DNA of 35,259 nucleotides from Nitrospinota bacterium. GTDB lineage: Bacteria > Nitrospinota > Nitrospinia > Nitrospinales > VA-1. The notes beneath the pieces are model-generated. The model was not told where the DNA came from. It searched no databases and was given only the letters and a program-made list of their open reading frames with translations. The translations under genes and the position numbers were made by a program. The stretch is taken from positions 1 through 35,259 of the forward strand of contig JAYNIA010000025.1 of assembly GCA_038108555.1 (NCBI GenBank), read 5' to 3'. Shown one piece after another: positions 18,212 to 26,425 of this stretch (within the stretch, counting starts at the first letter, position 1; every line of letters begins with the position of its first letter).

Positions 18212-19360
18212 ATGTTTGAGAAGAAAACGGGCGTCATTGCCATATTCGCAAATTTATTGGTTATGTTTTGGGTGACCGCAGCTCAAGCTTATGTGGGGCT
18301 CTGCTGTGCACACTGTGGCGGCAACATGCCGTTGAATATTTTTGGGGGTGGAATTCCAGAACCTCACGAGTTTAGATTCAAGATCAGTCAAATGCAGATG
18401 GAAATGGGGACCCTACGTGATGGGACCGACGACATTATGGCTTCTTCGCTCGTAGGTCCGCCTAACGGTACTACATTTGCTGCAGTTCCCAAATCTATGT
18501 CCATGGCCATGACCATGGTGGGAGGGGCCTATTCCTTTTCAGATGATTTTGCGGTGATGGCCATGGCAAGCTACATTCGAAATGAAATGGATATGTCAAT
18601 TTTCAGGAATGTGGGATCTGATTTCACTATGACTTCAGATGGTATTGGAGATTTCACCGTTCTTGGAAAATACCGTGTCTATAAAGACGATAACCTGGTT
18701 CCCACCAAACAGGTTTCAGTGCTCTTCGGTCTCTCCCTGCCATCGGGTGCAATTGATAGGCATTTTACGAAAAATACGGTTGCTGGGCAGAACGGAACCA
18801 TTCTTCCCTTCAAAATGCAGTTGGGTAGCGGAACGGTAGACCCTATTATTGGAGTAACCTACCAAGGCTCACGTGATCCCTGGTGGTGGGGGGTCAACAC
18901 TCAACTTGAAGCTCATGTTTATGAGAACGAACAGGGATACCGTCGCGGCCATGAGCTCCGTTATGATTTTTATGTTATGCGGCAGGTCCATGACAAGGTG
19001 GTTTTGCATACCCAGCTAAATGGATGGTATGAAGGTACATATAACAGAGAGCCCTATAATGGGCGCGTATTGGGTAACGGCCATCAGAATGGTGATCGCA
19101 CAAACAACAACTTTCTCAGCCCATTGTTTGATCCCCAAAATTATGGAGGTCACAAACTTGCAGTAAGCGTGGGGGCTCAGTTTCAGCCAATTCCTTTGCA
19201 TATCATTGAATTGACAGGGACGATACCTATTCATCAGGATTTAAATGGTCCTCAATTACAAGATGCTTATATGCTTCGGCTCTCTTATTACGTAGAAGTG
19301 CCAACGAAAAGAAGTCGTCGTTATAAAGGGTTCAGTGCTCCCAAGGAACTGGGATTCTAG
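18212..19360 (+). CDS. Exported Cys/Met-rich outer-membrane transporter-like beta-barrel
   Basis: Signal peptide ending AQA; mature N-terminus YVGLCCAHCGG; Met-rich strands QMQMEM, SMSMAMTM; GIGD, GLSLPSG, MQLGSGTVD, PIHQDLNGPQL motifs; C-terminal Phe. Confidence 0.7.
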   Translation: MFEKKTGVIAIFANLLVMFWVTAAQAYVGLCCAHCGGNMPLNIFGGGIPEPHEFRFKISQMQMEMGTLRDGTDDIMASSLVGPPNGTTFAAVPKSMSMAMTMVGGAYSFSDDFAVMAMASYIRNEMDMSIFRNVGSDFTMTSDGIGDFTVLGKYRVYKDDNLVPTKQVSVLFGLSLPSGAIDRHFTKNTVAGQNGTILPFKMQLGSGTVDPIIGVTYQGSRDPWWWGVNTQLEAHVYENEQGYRRGHELRYDFYVMRQVHDKVVLHTQLNGWYEGTYNREPYNGRVLGNGHQNGDRTNNNFLSPLFDPQNYGGHKLAVSVGAQFQPIPLHIIELTGTIPIHQDLNGPQLQDAYMLRLSYYVEVPTKRSRRYKGFSAPKELGF

Positions 19361-19371
19361 TTGGTTCATTT

Positions 19372-19644
19372 ATGCGACCAGCATTCGTCCTAGTTTGTAT
19401 TTTGTTTTTTGGGGTGGGTTGTTCTACCACCCAAACGATCCCGGAATCGGAAAGCCCGGGCGCAAAGGTGTATGTGAAAACATGCACCAAGTGCCACGGG
19501 TTGCCGGGGCCGACTCGGCACACTGCAGAACAATGGGATAACATCATCGTCATGATGAATGGCTTTATGGATCAAAGAGGAATAACATTTCCAGAAGCGG
19601 ACAAGCAATTGATCCGGGATTATTTACGTAGAAACGCCAGATAA
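19372..19644 (+). CDS. Monoheme c-type cytochrome lipoprotein
   Basis: Lipobox-like GVGC; heme motif CTKCH; downstream Met candidates for the axial ligand. Confidence 0.82.
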   Translation: MRPAFVLVCILFFGVGCSTTQTIPESESPGAKVYVKTCTKCHGLPGPTRHTAEQWDNIIVMMNGFMDQRGITFPEADKQLIRDYLRRNAR

Positions 19645-19655
19645 GGAATTTGACC

Positions 19656-20264
19656 ATGAAAAAACAAGTAGGTTTGAAAATTTCAATTTTGATTTTATTC
19701 CTGTGCCTGTTCCCTTCGCAAGTTCTGGCCAATCCATTGCTTTTAGAGAAAATGGGTATTGTGTCTCCTAAAAACTCCAGGCCTGCTCCCGATTTCAAGC
19801 TCAAAAATATTCGAGGGGGAGAGACCCAATTGTCCGATTTTAAAGGTAAAATTGTTTTAATTAATTTTTGGGCCACTTGGTGTGGAGCCTGCATTGAAGA
19901 GATGGCTTCCATGCAGAATTTATACAAAAACCTCAAAAATCAGGATGTTGAAATTGTGGCAATTTCTATTGACCGTTGGAATGAGGACAGAATTATAGAA
20001 TATGCCGACAAGAATAAATTGAATTTCCATATCCTTCGCGACCCGGACCAAAAAGTCAGAAAGAAGTACTATGTTATGGGTCTTCCTACCAGTTATCTCA
20101 TAGATGCTGAAGGTAAAATCAGGGGATTTGCCTCTGGGGCAAGGACTTGGGATAGCATAGCTTCCCAAAATGCCCTGCTTTCCCTGAAAGATAATGGCTC
20201 TCTTGCCGAACTGGTAACCGAAAAAATTTCTATGAATATAGACCCCACCTCTCCAAAAAACTGA
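19656..20264 (+). CDS. TlpA/ResA-family thiol:disulfide oxidoreductase
   Basis: Signal peptide, PAPDFKL, INFWATWCGAC, GLPTSYLID. Confidence 0.92.
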   Translation: MKKQVGLKISILILFLCLFPSQVLANPLLLEKMGIVSPKNSRPAPDFKLKNIRGGETQLSDFKGKIVLINFWATWCGACIEEMASMQNLYKNLKNQDVEIVAISIDRWNEDRIIEYADKNKLNFHILRDPDQKVRKKYYVMGLPTSYLIDAEGKIRGFASGARTWDSIASQNALLSLKDNGSLAELVTEKISMNIDPTSPKN

Positions 20265-20270
20265 TAGGTC

Positions 20271-21041
20271 ATGCAACTCCTTAGGCTTCTCGCCTTAACC
20301 CTTTTTTGTCTTATTGGAACTTTCCAGAATCATGCATTGGCCGAATCAAAAGCCGATGAAGTTCTTGATAAGTTGGACCAGGGTTATTATTTCCCCCAAG
20401 AATCAGGACTAACCAAGCTGAAAGCAAGAATTCAATGGGAGCAATTAGACGTAGCTTCTGGGTCCGGAAAATTCTTGCGCAACCCAGACTTTATTTTCCA
20501 ATGGATGAAGAACAGCGGAGCAGGTATTCGTAATTTTAAAATCTTGGCTGATAAGAGTAAATATTCCGCTAAACGTAGATTCGAATTAAAAAATCAAATT
20601 GAGAATTACGGGGAAATGATTATTCCTTTTACGTTGAAGCAAAAATTCTCAAGTTTCAGAAGTAGATTGGGGGAAAAGGCAAGGGGAAGGTTGGGTTTGC
20701 TTTTGAAGCCTGAATCAAGCGATCAGTCTGTCGTGAGCTATCATTTGCTGATAAACGAGGCGGATATGAAAATTGAAACCATACGTTTCAGGCAGCGCTC
20801 AGCCCCTTACAAGGTTAGCGCAAGGTTCAATTATGAAAAGCTCGATGGTAAATGGATTATCTCAGAAAGTAACTCCCGGTTTTCAATGGGCGAATTGGAC
20901 TATGATGAAAAAACCACCTATCGTTATAAAAAGTTCGGTGATATTTGGCTGGTTCACCGGATCGATCAAATCCTGAAACAGGAAAATACTATCTTCCAAT
21001 CCCACCGTTTTAAAATCTCCGATGTACGTGCTACGTATTAA
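20271..21041 (+). CDS. Exported hypothetical protein, beta-rich, possibly LolA-like fold
   Basis: Signal peptide ending ALA; operon spacing of 6 bp; repeated YEKLDGKWI / YKKFGDIWL hairpins. Confidence 0.6.
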   Translation: MQLLRLLALTLFCLIGTFQNHALAESKADEVLDKLDQGYYFPQESGLTKLKARIQWEQLDVASGSGKFLRNPDFIFQWMKNSGAGIRNFKILADKSKYSAKRRFELKNQIENYGEMIIPFTLKQKFSSFRSRLGEKARGRLGLLLKPESSDQSVVSYHLLINEADMKIETIRFRQRSAPYKVSARFNYEKLDGKWIISESNSRFSMGELDYDEKTTYRYKKFGDIWLVHRIDQILKQENTIFQSHRFKISDVRATY

Positions 21042-21102
21042 ATTCCTACTTAAAAATTAAAAATCTTTCTCGCCTTCTCGCTATTTTCTGTTCTCAAGAC
21101 TA

Positions 21103-21131
21103 TTGAGTCCTGCCCGCAATTCCTTTATAAT
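21103..21131 (+). promoter_or_regulatory. Sigma70-type promoter
   Basis: TTGAGT, 17-nt spacer, TATAAT; strong AGGAGGT RBS before ATG 21162. Confidence 0.65.
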
Positions 21132-21161
21132 TAAACAGTTAAGTTTAATAGGAGGTGTTTC

Positions 21162-21476
21162 ATGTCAGGTCTGAAAAGTGCGTGGGAGCTTAGTTTGGAA
21201 AGGTCTGATGACCTTGTTCCAGAGTTGAAGTCCAAAAAAAAACTGACTAAAAAACAAAAAGAACAAATTGCTGAAGTTAGAAGAAATTATAAAGCGCAAA
21301 TAGCTGATCGTGATGTGACCATGCAGGATAAAGTACGCAAGCTTTCAGACCGCGTACCGCCTGAAGAAATAGCTGATGCCAAACAGCAGTTGGAAGCTCG
21401 ATTCAGGGAAGAAAAACAATCTCTGGAAGAAGAAATGGAAAAAGAAATTGAATCAATCAGGAATTCAAAAGGCTGA
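21162..21476 (+). CDS. Hypothetical charged coiled-coil protein
   Basis: Promoter and strong RBS; N-terminal KSAWELSLER; helical E/K-rich composition. Confidence 0.75.
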   Translation: MSGLKSAWELSLERSDDLVPELKSKKKLTKKQKEQIAEVRRNYKAQIADRDVTMQDKVRKLSDRVPPEEIADAKQQLEARFREEKQSLEEEMEKEIESIRNSKG

Positions 21477-21563
21477 GAAAATCTTCACTTTTCAACTGAA
21501 CAATTTAAGAGAAAATTATCCCACCCTCGTTCTAAAAACCCTTAAACCATTGCGAACCTTGCC

Positions 21564-23228
21564 ATGAAAAAGGCCATTAAAGAAATCATTGTGTGTGCCT
21601 TGAATAAGGCGAAAGGCGCAGGGGAGTTGGAGTTGGCAAACTCTCCTGAAGTGGTCATTGAAAAACCCAAAGACGAAAATATGGGGGATTTTGCCACCAA
21701 TGTCGCGATGACATTGGCTCGTAGCGAACGCAAAAATCCAAAAGTGATTGCTGAAATCATCAATCGTCATATTGAAAATGGGACTTCGGGTTTGGATTCT
21801 GTAGAAATTGCCGGACCGGGTTTTCTTAATTTGAAAATGTCTCCTGGATTTTTTCTCGACCGACTGGCTGGCGCGGTTGAACAGGGAAAGGATTTTGGAA
21901 AATCAAATGTAGGGCAGGGGATCAAAATTCTAATCGAGTTCGTCAGTGCCAATCCCACGGGGCCTTTGCATATAGGCCATGGCAGGGGAGCGGCGGTGGG
22001 CGATGCGCTGGCACGGATTTTAAAAGCTGCGGGCTACGATTTGAGCACCGAATATTATGTAAATGATGTTGGTAACCAGATGAACATTCTCGGGCGCTCA
22101 ACATGGCTGCGTTACCGGGAGTTGCTTGGTGATAATCAGGAGTTTCCCGATGATCATTATCGCGGAGATTATATTAAAGACATTGCCCAAAGTGTAATTG
22201 ACCAGCAGGGGAGGGAGTTTTTTGACAAACCGGAAGAGGAATGCATTCCTTTTTTTAAAGAGATTGCTAAAAACGATATCCTCGAAGGTATCCGGAAAGA
22301 TCTATCAGAATTTAGAGTGACGTTTGATAACTGGTTCAGTGAGCAGTCCTTATATAAGGATAATTCCGTTGAAGGTGCAATAAAATGGCTGCGTGATAAA
22401 GGTCATGTTTATGACAAGGATGGTGCCGTGTGGTTAAAATCATCCGCATTTGATGATGATAAAGACCGGGTCATTGTTAAACAGTCAGGAGAAAAGACTT
22501 ATTTTTGTTCCGACATTGCATACCATCAAAATAAAATCCAACGGGGGTTCAAGAAGCTCATCAATTTAATGGGTGCAGATCACCATGGTTATGTGCCGCG
22601 GATGGAAGCGGTGCTGCAAGCCATGGGTTATGACAAGAGTATTTTTAAGATTCTACTCGTTCAGTTTGTCAGTTTGTTGAGGGGCGGTGAGAAAGTTTCA
22701 ATGTCTACCCGATCCGGTGAATTTGAAACTTTGTCAGACGTGGTGAATGAAGTGGGTGTGGATGCGGCTCGTTATTTCTTTTTGATGAGAAGTTCGGATG
22801 CACATTTAGATTTTGATTTGGAATTGGCGAAACAAGAGACACCAGAAAATCCCGTGTTTTATATTCAATACGCGCATGCGAGGATCTGCAGTATTTTTCG
22901 TGGGGCCGAGGATAAGGGAATCAAATTTACAGATAAAGCCAGTATCGACCTTTCCCCACTGGTTGAAAAGGAAGAGTTCTCAATCATAAAAGCCATATTG
23001 GCATTTCCAGAAGTTGTGGAAAAAAGTGCGGTCGCTTTAGAGGTGCACAGAATATCTCACTATCTATTGGATCTCGTATCGCGCTTTCATGGCTATTACA
23101 GCCGACATCGTGTGATCTCTGATGATGTCCCGCTCACACTGGCACGGTTATATTTGCTGGATGGATTAAGAATAACTATTCGAAACGGATTCGACCTGAT
23201 GGGAATTTCAGCGCCCGAAAAGATGTAA
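21564..23228 (+). CDS. argS: Arginine--tRNA ligase
   Basis: EFVSANPTGPLHIGHGRGA, GADHHGY, SMSTRSG, YIQYAHARICS, C-terminal APEKM. Confidence 0.98.
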   Translation: MKKAIKEIIVCALNKAKGAGELELANSPEVVIEKPKDENMGDFATNVAMTLARSERKNPKVIAEIINRHIENGTSGLDSVEIAGPGFLNLKMSPGFFLDRLAGAVEQGKDFGKSNVGQGIKILIEFVSANPTGPLHIGHGRGAAVGDALARILKAAGYDLSTEYYVNDVGNQMNILGRSTWLRYRELLGDNQEFPDDHYRGDYIKDIAQSVIDQQGREFFDKPEEECIPFFKEIAKNDILEGIRKDLSEFRVTFDNWFSEQSLYKDNSVEGAIKWLRDKGHVYDKDGAVWLKSSAFDDDKDRVIVKQSGEKTYFCSDIAYHQNKIQRGFKKLINLMGADHHGYVPRMEAVLQAMGYDKSIFKILLVQFVSLLRGGEKVSMSTRSGEFETLSDVVNEVGVDAARYFFLMRSSDAHLDFDLELAKQETPENPVFYIQYAHARICSIFRGAEDKGIKFTDKASIDLSPLVEKEEFSIIKAILAFPEVVEKSAVALEVHRISHYLLDLVSRFHGYYSRHRVISDDVPLTLARLYLLDGLRITIRNGFDLMGISAPEKM

Positions 23229-23249
23229 TGCTGGTCCCGACCAAATGAT

Positions 23250-23876
23250 ATGCGACGCATTTTTTTTGTAATTCTTATTCTGTTAACCGCCACTGGGGTT
23301 TATTTCAAAGAGGACCTGGGTCTGGAAATTTTTGGAATAGGGGAGAAAAAGGTCGTAACCAAAAAGGTGAGAGCGGTAAAACCAAAATCCCTCATAAATA
23401 AAGCAGATGCTTTAAAACCTGTATCAAATCAGTTTACCTTTTTTGAGACGCTGGAAGACAAGACCATGACAAAGTATGTAGGATTGCATGGAGAAATTCT
23501 TCCTGTGTCTTTGCCGGCCCAACCTTTTCAGGAAAAAATTAAGTTAAGCAAAAAACCGGAAAAGCCCAAGCTTAAAACCAAAACTCCAGATATTCAAAAG
23601 GAAGAAAAACCATCCTCCAAGGCTTCCAGCCCGCGTTTCGCGGTTCAGGTCAGCTCTTTCCGTAATGAGAAAATGGCAGGAGCTTTAAAGTTAAAATTGC
23701 AGAAAATAGGATTTGATGCATTTCTTATGGAAACTGAGCTCCCGAATCATGGGGGGAAATGGTATCGGGTTTTTTTGGGGAGATATAGCGATGAAGGGCT
23801 GGCGCGAAAAGAAGCTGAACGGGTGAGACAGGAATATAAGTTAAACGCAGTTGTTGTTAAAAAAACGATGGGGTAG
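23250..23876 (+). CDS. Membrane-anchored SPOR-domain cell-division protein (FtsN/DedD-like)
   Basis: N-terminal TM, FTFFETL, K/P-rich linker, FAVQVSSF...WYRVFLGRY; common argS-SPOR synteny. Confidence 0.85.
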   Translation: MRRIFFVILILLTATGVYFKEDLGLEIFGIGEKKVVTKKVRAVKPKSLINKADALKPVSNQFTFFETLEDKTMTKYVGLHGEILPVSLPAQPFQEKIKLSKKPEKPKLKTKTPDIQKEEKPSSKASSPRFAVQVSSFRNEKMAGALKLKLQKIGFDAFLMETELPNHGGKWYRVFLGRYSDEGLARKEAERVRQEYKLNAVVVKKTMG

Positions 23877-23884
23877 GGGTACCC

Positions 23885-25243
23885 TCATTCTGAACAGATA
23901 TGGTCATCATCACAAAAGGCCTGCAGTTCTTCCACGGGGTCATCTATTCTAGGGCCACCATAGAATTTTTCTTTACTGTCATACCATGTATTAAACCGGT
24001 ATCCCTCCAGATCATCGTGGTATAGCTTCCTTTTTTCATCTTGGCCATTAAATTCAAAATCAATTTGAGACATTCCTTGAGGAGTAATGGTAACCGTTCC
24101 CGTTTTTTGCGGAATATAGGGGTGCCAGGCAACCACTTCATAGGTCCCGGGGGGAATATTCTCAATGGAAAATTCTCCATTGGCGTCTGTTACTGCATAA
24201 TAAGGGTTTTCCACGAGAAAACCATGTGTTTGCAAAAAGGGGTGGAGATTGCATTTTATGGTGAACTCTGTTGCATCGGCCCTGACAAATGCTGACCTCA
24301 CCTGGCTCGATTTGGGTATGACTGGGCGATTGGTGGTTTGATCAGAATAAATATTCCTTACTTCATAAGTGGCTATTTCATGCTGGATTGGGTCTGTGTT
24401 TTCGATTAGAAAATTTTCACTGTTTTTGATTCCGATGATGTAATTATTTGCCCGGCACCGGTTAATATGAAAGGTTTGCATTTTTTGTGGAAAAGGCTTT
24501 CCTTTTTTCACATTGGTGAGCGCGATAATTGTGTCTTTCAAACCCCGATTCTTTGAAACGGTAAAATCAAATAACAGACGATGGCCCTTGCCATCTGAGA
24601 TGCGGGAGCAAAATTCTATATTGGGGGCATGCACCAGATGGAACGAGCGGGCTTTGGGGACTTTCCCCGTAAGGGTAACTCGTCCTTTTAGTGTTCCTCC
24701 ATTATCCACAGTAACAACTTTGTATTCCGGGATTATCTGGTCATACAGTTTTTTGGATAACTTATTGTTTCTTTTGAATAGGGTATCCACTTTTTCCCGG
24801 GCTTTTTTTCTGTTTCCCTGGCGGTTGTATAGAATGCCGAGATCATATTCGGCCTTTACCATTCTCTTATTTTGTTTCAGGGCAGTTTCCAGCTCAGTGA
24901 TTGCTTCATCAATCAAATTCAGTCTGGCAAACGAAATCCCTCTGTTATAGCGAAGCCCGGAAGAGTCATAACCCAGTTGCAGCGCTTTGTCGAAGGAAAA
25001 TAGAGCCTCTTTAAACATTCCGGTCTGGCTTAATGCGACCCCCAGGTTTGCATGGAACAATCCTTTTTTGGGCGCAAGTTCGGCGGCTTTAATAAACTCA
25101 GGGATGGCATCTTTCCAAAGCTTTTGCTGGCTCAGTTTCACAGCCCTGAGGTAATGCCGATCTGCCTTCTCATTATTGTTGGAAGCGATTGCAGTTGCAG
25201 TTATCAGGGAAAAAGCAAGTGTTATTAATGTAATAAAACGCAT
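23885..25243 (-). CDS. Secreted TPR + cupredoxin-like/carboxypeptidase-regulatory-like protein
   Basis: Signal peptide, about four TPRs (HANLGVAL, RYNRGISF, EYDLGILY), NTDPIQHE, CNLHPFL, ENPYYAVTDANGEFSIENIPPGTYEVVAWH. Confidence 0.85.
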   Translation of the reverse strand: MRFITLITLAFSLITATAIASNNNEKADRHYLRAVKLSQQKLWKDAIPEFIKAAELAPKKGLFHANLGVALSQTGMFKEALFSFDKALQLGYDSSGLRYNRGISFARLNLIDEAITELETALKQNKRMVKAEYDLGILYNRQGNRKKAREKVDTLFKRNNKLSKKLYDQIIPEYKVVTVDNGGTLKGRVTLTGKVPKARSFHLVHAPNIEFCSRISDGKGHRLLFDFTVSKNRGLKDTIIALTNVKKGKPFPQKMQTFHINRCRANNYIIGIKNSENFLIENTDPIQHEIATYEVRNIYSDQTTNRPVIPKSSQVRSAFVRADATEFTIKCNLHPFLQTHGFLVENPYYAVTDANGEFSIENIPPGTYEVVAWHPYIPQKTGTVTITPQGMSQIDFEFNGQDEKRKLYHDDLEGYRFNTWYDSKEKFYGGPRIDDPVEELQAFCDDDHICSE

Positions 25244-25304
25244 TGGCAAATCTGAAATTAAATATTGTTTGTATTTTTTGATCTTCTAGAATGCTGAATT
25301 GTGC

Positions 25305-25333
25305 AATGTATCAATACCATGCGAATGTGTCAA
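25305..25333 (-). promoter_or_regulatory. Sigma70-type promoter for the TPR-cupredoxin gene
   Basis: Minus strand TTGACA (25333-25328), 17-nt spacer, TACATT (25310-25305). Confidence 0.6.
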
Positions 25334-25432
25334 TATGGCTAATCAGGAATATGGGTTTCCTGTTTTTACCTTTATTTATAGATACCTTTGGAATGGGCAA
25401 AATTCCTGCCAATTTTGTATAAAAATGGAGAG

Positions 25433-26425
25433 ATGCTTTTGAAGATTGGTGAATTACTAGTCGATTTTACTCCACACCCTGCTTTAAGGGGAGGGATTGT
25501 TCAAACCATTGTTGGTTCGCAATTCCCGGGAAGGCCTAAATTTAGCCCTGAAAGGACCTCTCATACTATTGATCTTGGTGTAGATGCCAAATCAATAATA
25601 TTTGAATTAAAACCTAAAGAAAAAGATAAACCCGTGGTCCTTCTGGCACATGGGATGGGGGGGTGTTCCGAATCCGGGTATATCCAAAGGATTGCCAAAA
25701 AACTTTGGCTACAAGGCTACGGCGTTTTTATGGTCAACCACCGAGGAAGTGGCTGTGGAATGGGCCTCAGCTCCAGGTTGTGGAACGGTGGTTCAAGTGA
25801 TGATTTAGATAAGATGGTCCGGTTTATAGCTGAGATGCACTCCCGCCTTCTTATTGTAGGTTTTTCATTAAGTGGAAATATTCTTCTTAAATATTTGGGG
25901 GAAGGACGGGATATCCCTTCTGAGGTATTAGGTGCGTTGGCGGTAAATCCTCCCATTGATTTACGGGTTGCCAGCGATATCCTTTCTAATCATCCCAAGT
26001 GCTGGTTGTTTAATCGTTATTATATGAGATTGATTGGAAATCAGGCGCGTGCTTTGATGAAAAATTTTCCGAATGCATTGGATCCAAGAAAAAACTTGAA
26101 GACTATTTGGGATTTTGACGCCATTTACACAGCCCCTGCGGGAGGCTATAAAGATTTGGATGATTATTATGATCAATGCAGTGGTAAAAAATTCCTGAAT
26201 AAAATAGAAAAGCCCACATCGATTTTATGCTCCCTTGATGATCCCTTTGTTCCTCCAAAAGTGTTCGACAATATTTCCGGAACTGTTGATATTTACCAAC
26301 CTGAGAAAGGCGGGCATATGGGCTATATCTCCCAGGAAAATACTCCCTATGGGGACCGCCGCTGGATGGACTACGTAGTGCAGGAATGGGTTCAGAAAAT
26401 GGACAAAGGGCAAAATTCGCAATGA
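25433..26425 (+). CDS. YheT-like alpha/beta hydrolase
   Basis: HGMGGCS, NHRGSG, GFSLSG nucleophile elbow, DDPFV, GGHMG; ATG 25433 preceded by GGAG. Confidence 0.88.
   Translation: MLLKIGELLVDFTPHPALRGGIVQTIVGSQFPGRPKFSPERTSHTIDLGVDAKSIIFELKPKEKDKPVVLLAHGMGGCSESGYIQRIAKKLWLQGYGVFMVNHRGSGCGMGLSSRLWNGGSSDDLDKMVRFIAEMHSRLLIVGFSLSGNILLKYLGEGRDIPSEVLGALAVNPPIDLRVASDILSNHPKCWLFNRYYMRLIGNQARALMKNFPNALDPRKNLKTIWDFDAIYTAPAGGYKDLDDYYDQCSGKKFLNKIEKPTSILCSLDDPFVPPKVFDNISGTVDIYQPEKGGHMGYISQENTPYGDRRWMDYVVQEWVQKMDKGQNSQ

Noticed and set aside
18302..18319. Heme c site in the barrel (CCAHCG)
   Set aside because: It is not CxxCH, because the His precedes the last Cys.
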